Assembly (NCBI GenBank): GCA_036444275.1
Contig: JAZGAD010000005.1
Location: 1-13,577 of the forward strand
DNA: 13,577 bases
Direction of reading: 5' to 3'
DNA from: Candidatus Hydrothermarchaeales archaeon
GTDB taxonomy: Archaea; Hydrothermarchaeota; Hydrothermarchaeia; Hydrothermarchaeales; JAZGAD01
The notes under the pieces were generated by a model that ran no database searches, was not told where the DNA came from, and saw only the letters and a program-made list of their open reading frames with translations. Below, in pieces: positions 9,448 to 13,577 of the stretch. Position 1 is the first letter of the stretch. Each line of letters opens with the position of its first letter. Both the position numbers and the translations under genes were made by a program.

Positions 9448-11895
9448 ATGGCAGATGAAATAGAAGCTCATACTGGCGAGATAATCGTCCCGGTAAAGAT
9501 CGAGGACGAGATGAAGAAGTCCTATATAGACTATGCCATGAGCGTCATTGTGGGGCGTGCTCTGCCAGATGTAAGAGACGGCTTAAAACCTGTGCACCGC
9601 CGCATCCTTTATGCGATGCATGAGCTGGGCATGACTCATAACAAGCCCCACAAGAAGAGCGCACGCATAGTAGGTGAGGTGCTTGGCAAATACCATCCCC
9701 ACGGCGACACAGCGGTCTACGATGCATTGGTGCGTATGGTGCAGGACTTCTCGATGCGCTACCCCCTCATAGACGGCCAAGGCAATTTCGGGAGTGTTGA
9801 CGGCGATTCAGCAGCTGCAATGCGTTATACAGAGGTGAGGCTTGCTAGGGCTGCAGAGGAGATGCTCGTCGACATAGACAAGGACACAGTTAATTTCACC
9901 CCGAACTTTGATGAGTCACTTCAAGAGCCCAGCGTACTGCCAGCCAGACTGCCCAACCTACTATTGAACGGCTCCTCTGGAATAGCAGTGGGCATGGCGA
10001 CGAATATACCTCCACATAACCTCGGCGAATTAGTGGATGCAACGATAAAGCTGATAGATGATCAAGAAGTCAGCATAGAAGAACTAATGGAAGTACTTAA
10101 AGGACCTGACTTCCCAACGGGTGCCTCCATATTCGGGGTGGGTGGTATAAGGGATGCCTACACCACTGGCAGGGGTAGTATAAGGCTCAGAGCGAAGGCG
10201 GCAATAGACGAGATCAAGGGGAGGAATGCCATCATAGTAACTGAGATTCCCTATATGGTGAACAAGGCGAAGCTCGTAGAGGATATTGCTGCATTGGTGA
10301 GGGACAAGAAGGTAGAAGGCATCCATGACCTACGGGATGAATCCGATAGGGATGGGATGCGCATCGTAATAGAGTTGAAGGGTAACGCGATCCCTGAAAT
10401 AGTCCTCAACCAGCTGTACAAGCACACACAGATGGCGAATACGTTTGGCGTCATAAACCTGGCTATAGTGGAGGGAGAACCAAGGGTTCTGAACCTAAAA
10501 GACATCCTCTTTGAGTACATCAAACACAGGAAGAACGTAGTCACCAGAAGAAGCAAATTCGAGCTAGACAAGGCAGAGGCGAGAGCACATATCCTAGAGG
10601 GACTTAGGATAGCCCTTGAGAACATCGATGAGATAATAAAGACCATTAAGAAATCAGCGGATGCCGACTCTGCTAGAACGGCACTGGTATCCAGTTTTCC
10701 TTTGAGCAAGGTGCAGGCACAGGCTATCCTGGATATGCGTCTGCAGCGCCTTACCGCTCTTGAGAGGGAAAAGATAGACCAGGAGCACAAAGAGTTATTG
10801 GAGAGGATTGCATGGCTCAAGGAGGTGCTCGCCAGCGAGGCGAAGGTCCTGGGGATAATCAAAGAGGAGCTGTCAGAGGTCAGGGAGAAGTACGCCGATC
10901 CTAGGCGGACCGAGATCGTGGAGGCAGCGCCGGAGCTGACAGTTGAGGACCTCATACCCAGGGAGGATATGGTTGTTACGATAACCGAGACAGGCTATGT
11001 GAAGAGGCTCCCGGTAACGAGCTACCGCATGCAGCGCAGGGGTGGAAAAGGCATTATAGGAATGGAGACCAAGGAGGAGGATGTTGTTACAGATGTCTTT
11101 GTAGCATCAACTCATGACTATGTTTTATTCTTTTCCAGCAAGGGGAAGGTGTACTGGGTGAAGGTATATGAGATGCCTCCGGCAGGGCGCTACTCAAAGG
11201 GCAAAGCCATCGTCAACCTCCTGCGGATAGAGTCTGACGAGAGGATAACAGCCAACATACCTGTTAAGGAATTCGAGGAGGGGCGCTTCCTATTCATGGC
11301 TACAAAAAATGGACGGGTCAAGAAGACACCGCTCTCAGCCTACAGCAATCCCCGCAAAGGAGGCATAATAGCTTTGACGCTGGTGAAAGGAGACGAACTG
11401 GTAGCGGTGGAGATGACCGACGGCACACGAGATATAAGCCTTGGTACGCGATACGGCAAGGCTATACGCTTCCATGAGACGGATGTCCGCTCTATGGGGA
11501 GAGGTGCGCAGGGAGTGAAAGGGATAACACTGAGGAAGAAGGACGAGGTAATAGGTATGAATGTGGTTAAAGAGGAGTTCGCATTGCTCGCTGTAACAGA
11601 GAACGGCTACGGCAAGAGGACCAAGTTCGAAAATTACCCGATTCAAAGGAGGGGTGGAAAAGGTGTAATAAACATAATACCCAGCGTCAGAAACGGGCCT
11701 GTTATAGGCATAGTCGAGGTATCTGATGAGGACGTACTGATAGTGACCTCTGCAGAGGGCGTGGTGATAAAGCTGCCTGTGAATGGAATCTCTCTTGTAG
11801 GGCGCAACACGCAGGGCGTTAGAGTAATGAGGCTTAATAAAGGGGACAAGGTTGGGGCTATGACCAAGGTCGTGCCAGAAGATCAAGAACTTTAG
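9448..11895 (+). CDS. gyrA: DNA gyrase subunit A
   Basis: [25 protein letters not shown], catalytic [22 protein letters not shown], GyrA-box QRRGGKG (11032-11052), and beta-pinwheel repeats. The GyrA-box distinguishes it from ParC. Confidence 0.99.
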   Translation: MADEIEAHTGEIIVPVKIEDEMKKSYIDYAMSVIVGRALPDVRDGLKPVHRRILYAMHELGMTHNKPHKKSARIVGEVLGKYHPHGDTAVYDALVRMVQDFSMRYPLIDGQGNFGSVDGDSAAAMRYTEVRLARAAEEMLVDIDKDTVNFTPNFDESLQEPSVLPARLPNLLLNGSSGIAVGMATNIPPHNLGELVDATIKLIDDQEVSIEELMEVLKGPDFPTGASIFGVGGIRDAYTTGRGSIRLRAKAAIDEIKGRNAIIVTEIPYMVNKAKLVEDIAALVRDKKVEGIHDLRDESDRDGMRIVIELKGNAIPEIVLNQLYKHTQMANTFGVINLAIVEGEPRVLNLKDILFEYIKHRKNVVTRRSKFELDKAEARAHILEGLRIALENIDEIIKTIKKSADADSARTALVSSFPLSKVQAQAILDMRLQRLTALEREKIDQEHKELLERIAWLKEVLASEAKVLGIIKEELSEVREKYADPRRTEIVEAAPELTVEDLIPREDMVVTITETGYVKRLPVTSYRMQRRGGKGIIGMETKEEDVVTDVFVASTHDYVLFFSSKGKVYWVKVYEMPPAGRYSKGKAIVNLLRIESDERITANIPVKEFEEGRFLFMATKNGRVKKTPLSAYSNPRKGGIIALTLVKGDELVAVEMTDGTRDISLGTRYGKAIRFHETDVRSMGRGAQGVKGITLRKKDEVIGMNVVKEEFALLAVTENGYGKRTKFENYPIQRRGGKGVINIIPSVRNGPVIGIVEVSDEDVLIVTSAEGVVIKLPVNGISLVGRNTQGVRVMRLNKGDKVGAMTKVVPEDQEL

Positions 11896-11907
11896 TGGGT
11901 TGTTCCC

Positions 11908-12261
11908 ATGTTAAACATAGAGGAAACTCATGAGAAGGAAAGCAATAGGCTGAAGAATGAGCAGGCTGAGTGGGGGGACTTCTATACGAAATTCAAACCC
12001 CGGTTGAATGAGTTCTCGAACTACGAGGAGAGGATTCATGAGCTGGAAGAAGAGCTGGAGAACCGGGAGAAAATCGTAAAGATTAACTTCGAGAAAGAGA
12101 AAGATAAGTTTCTTAGTATTACCGGCGTATACCTTTTGGCTTCGCTGGTCTTCGTCTGGATGATTTACCGCATCCACAATCCCTGGCTCTTATTCGGTGC
12201 TGGAGTACTCGTTGGTATTGGTTTTGCTTTTCTGTTGAGGTTCTGGCTGAATGTAAGATAG
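11908..12261 (+). CDS. Hypothetical protein: N-terminal charged coiled coil plus two C-terminal TM helices
   Basis: Glu-rich EERIHELEEELENREK followed by hydrophobic ITGVYLLASLVFVWMIY and WLLFGAGVLVGIGFAFLL; begins 12 nt after the gyrA stop. Confidence 0.75.
   Translation: MLNIEETHEKESNRLKNEQAEWGDFYTKFKPRLNEFSNYEERIHELEEELENREKIVKINFEKEKDKFLSITGVYLLASLVFVWMIYRIHNPWLLFGAGVLVGIGFAFLLRFWLNVR
12220..12260 (+). repeat. 41-bp direct repeat, left copy (3' end of ORF 11908-12261)
   Basis: GGTTTTGCTTTTCTGTTGAGGTTCTGGCTGAATGTAAGATA, identical to 13005-13045. Confidence 0.97.
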
Positions 12262-12268
12262 GCCCGTC

Positions 12269-12682
12269 TTACCCCACTGGATCCATCACTTCTACCCCCA
12301 CGTCCACGAACCCTTTGTCATGGGTCATCAGCTTACTCACACCGTTCTTCTTCATGGTGGCGAGTATTGCCGCGTCTCGCCCACCTATTCGATGCCTGTA
12401 ATTCTCTTCGAGGATGTCTATGGTCGTGCTAAGCGTATCGGAGTCAAAATTAGCCAATGTCATGCTGGACAGCTTCAGCAACTTCTTCACCCTCTGGGAA
12501 AGGTCGGCTCTAGGTAGCGAAGAAACCTTGAACAGGTAGTGCGTCACCTCCATCCAGATTATCGTTGAGGCCAATATATCCTCGGAGTGTATCACTTCTT
12601 CCAGTGCGGACTTCACCTTCTCATGCTCTGGCAACGTTGGATCGAGGTAGTATATCCAGATGTTGCTGTCCACAGCTATCAT
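12269..12682 (-). CDS. vapC: VapC PIN-domain toxin
   Basis: IAVDSNIWIY, IIWMEV, GGRDAAILATM and LMTHDKGF supply the conserved PIN acidic residues; 4-nt overlap with the antitoxin gene. Confidence 0.93.
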   Translation of the reverse strand: MIAVDSNIWIYYLDPTLPEHEKVKSALEEVIHSEDILASTIIWMEVTHYLFKVSSLPRADLSQRVKKLLKLSSMTLANFDSDTLSTTIDILEENYRHRIGGRDAAILATMKKNGVSKLMTHDKGFVDVGVEVMDPVG

Positions 12683-12930
12683 GGCATGGTCTTCCAGATA
12701 TCCTTCGCCTTAAGGGCGTCTTCTTTTGTTACTTTGGTAGTCCTAATCTCTTCCTGCAGCTTCGTTGCCTCTCTCAGGAACTCATCGGGCGATATTTTCT
12801 TGTATATTAACAGTCCTTCCTCTCTTTCCTCAGCTACGATATCTTTGTTCGGTTCTATCCCAAGGGCTCCCCTCACTTCTATAGGTATTGTGACTCTGCC
12901 CCGTCCGTCGACCTTAAGCTTTATTCCCAT
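12679..12930 (-). CDS. vapB: AbrB/MazE/SpoVT-family antitoxin (VapB)
   Basis: KVDGRGRVTIPIEVRGALGIEP is the AbrB/SpoVT swapped-hairpin signature; lies directly upstream of vapC. Confidence 0.92.
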   Translation of the reverse strand: MGIKLKVDGRGRVTIPIEVRGALGIEPNKDIVAEEREEGLLIYKKISPDEFLREATKLQEEIRTTKVTKEDALKAKDIWKTMP

Positions 12931-12931
12931 G

Positions 12932-12956
12932 TTCCCACTTACCCATCAAGTGGGAA
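12932..12956. promoter_or_regulatory. Inverted-repeat operator of the vapBC promoter
   Basis: TTCCCACTT-N7-AAGTGGGAA, perfect 9-bp arms, immediately upstream of the vapB ATG. Confidence 0.75.
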
Positions 12957-13004
12957 TTAACAAGATGGAGAATTGTTATAATGGCTGGCATTTCCAGCTC
13001 CGTG

Positions 13005-13045
13005 GGTTTTGCTTTTCTGTTGAGGTTCTGGCTGAATGTAAGATA
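13005..13045 (+). repeat. 41-bp direct repeat, right copy
   Basis: Identical to 12220-12260 and followed by A (giving TAA) rather than G (TAG). Confidence 0.97.
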
Positions 13046-13110
13046 ATTTGTCGTAAAAAATCAGATGCATTTATATATTGCGAATTATAGAAAATAAGGA
13101 AGGTGGGCAT

Positions 13111-13577
13111 ATGAGGGTCGAAGATATCCTGAGTGAGGGTTTAGATTTTTATAAAAAACAATTTATGACATTTATTATTGCAACAGCAATCGCCGTTTTC
13201 GGCTCAATTTTCATAATTACAGCACCGCCCCTGTTTTTCGGACTCTACTTTATGGCGTTAAAGCTTATCCAGGGTGAAGAGATTGGAATCGCAGATGTCT
13301 TCAAGGGTTTTGATTACTTTAGTGTCAGCTGGATACTGGTGATAGTCGGGGGATTATTAGTAGCAGTTGGCCTAGTTTTCCTCATAATTCCGGGGCTACT
13401 TCTTATGGTACTCTTCCAGTATGCAGTTCCTATTGCCATATCAGAGAAGGCGAGCGCAATCGATTCCCTTAAAAAGAGTTATGACATCGGACGGGCGAAC
13501 TTTCAATTTTCAATAATACTTGGGTTCGTGCTCTGGGTAATCAATGCCATTGGAAGTGCCGTTTCTGTAGGCTGGCT
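13111..13577 (+). CDS. Multi-pass membrane protein (DUF975-like), 3'-truncated; homolog of 5180-6067
   Basis: Not in the ORF track. Translates [69 protein letters not shown]...FLIIPGLL...[10 protein letters not shown] and is open to the window end. RBS-like AGGAAGGTG and TATA-like TTTATATA (13070-13077) lie upstream. Confidence 0.85.
   Translation, partial: MRVEDILSEGLDFYKKQFMTFIIATAIAVFGSIFIITAPPLFFGLYFMALKLIQGEEIGIADVFKGFDYFSVSWILVIVGGLLVAVGLVFLIIPGLLLMVLFQYAVPIAISEKASAIDSLKKSYDIGRANFQFSIILGFVLWVINAIGSAVSVGW

Larger units (their letters stand above)
12220..13045. mobile_element. Putative integrated VapBC mini-cassette bounded by att-like direct repeats
   Basis: Only the TA pair and its promoter lie between two perfect 41-bp repeats; no recombinase or transposase inside. 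Mobility is inferred. Confidence 0.6.

Noticed and set aside
9690-9740. Quinolone-resistance substitution (Thr at the Ser83-equivalent position, HGDTAVYD)
   Set aside because: Thr at this position is a common natural variant and the Asp87-equivalent is intact.
10251-11886. Long antisense ORFs within gyrA (234 aa, 183 aa) and similar ones in gyrB, rfcL, lig, nreA and the KaiC-like gene
   Set aside because: Shadow frames of strongly conserved genes, with Ser-rich or otherwise atypical composition and no motifs.
12320-13090. Plus-strand ORFs 12320-12517, 12565-12810 and 12587-13090
   Set aside because: Antisense to well-supported vapBC genes and with no recognisable features.

Overview
Archaeal chromosomal window (euryarchaeote-type; the lineage is an inference from archaeal ligase, Nre, RFC-L and TATA promoters occurring with a gyrase). 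Gene order: 3' part of an ATP-dependent DNA ligase, KaiC/RAD55-like ATPase, Nre DNA-repair protein, convergent RFC large subunit (on the minus strand; the ORF track label '+' is wrong), an AT-rich TsaA/TrmO gene, a multi-TM protein, a RelBE-like toxin-antitoxin pair, gyrB, gyrA, a small coiled-coil/2-TM protein, a VapBC pair, and the 5' part of a second, homologous multi-TM protein that the ORF track omits. The main observations are: (i) the VapBC pair lies between perfect 41-bp direct repeats that duplicate the 3' end of the upstream gene, resembling an integrase-less 785-bp cassette; (ii) GyrB carries a ~167-aa insertion bounded by an in-frame 9-bp direct repeat; (iii) gyrBA is bracketed on both sides by a TA pair plus a paralogous membrane gene; (iv) the ligase has an in-frame TAG just before what looks like its conserved last helix.
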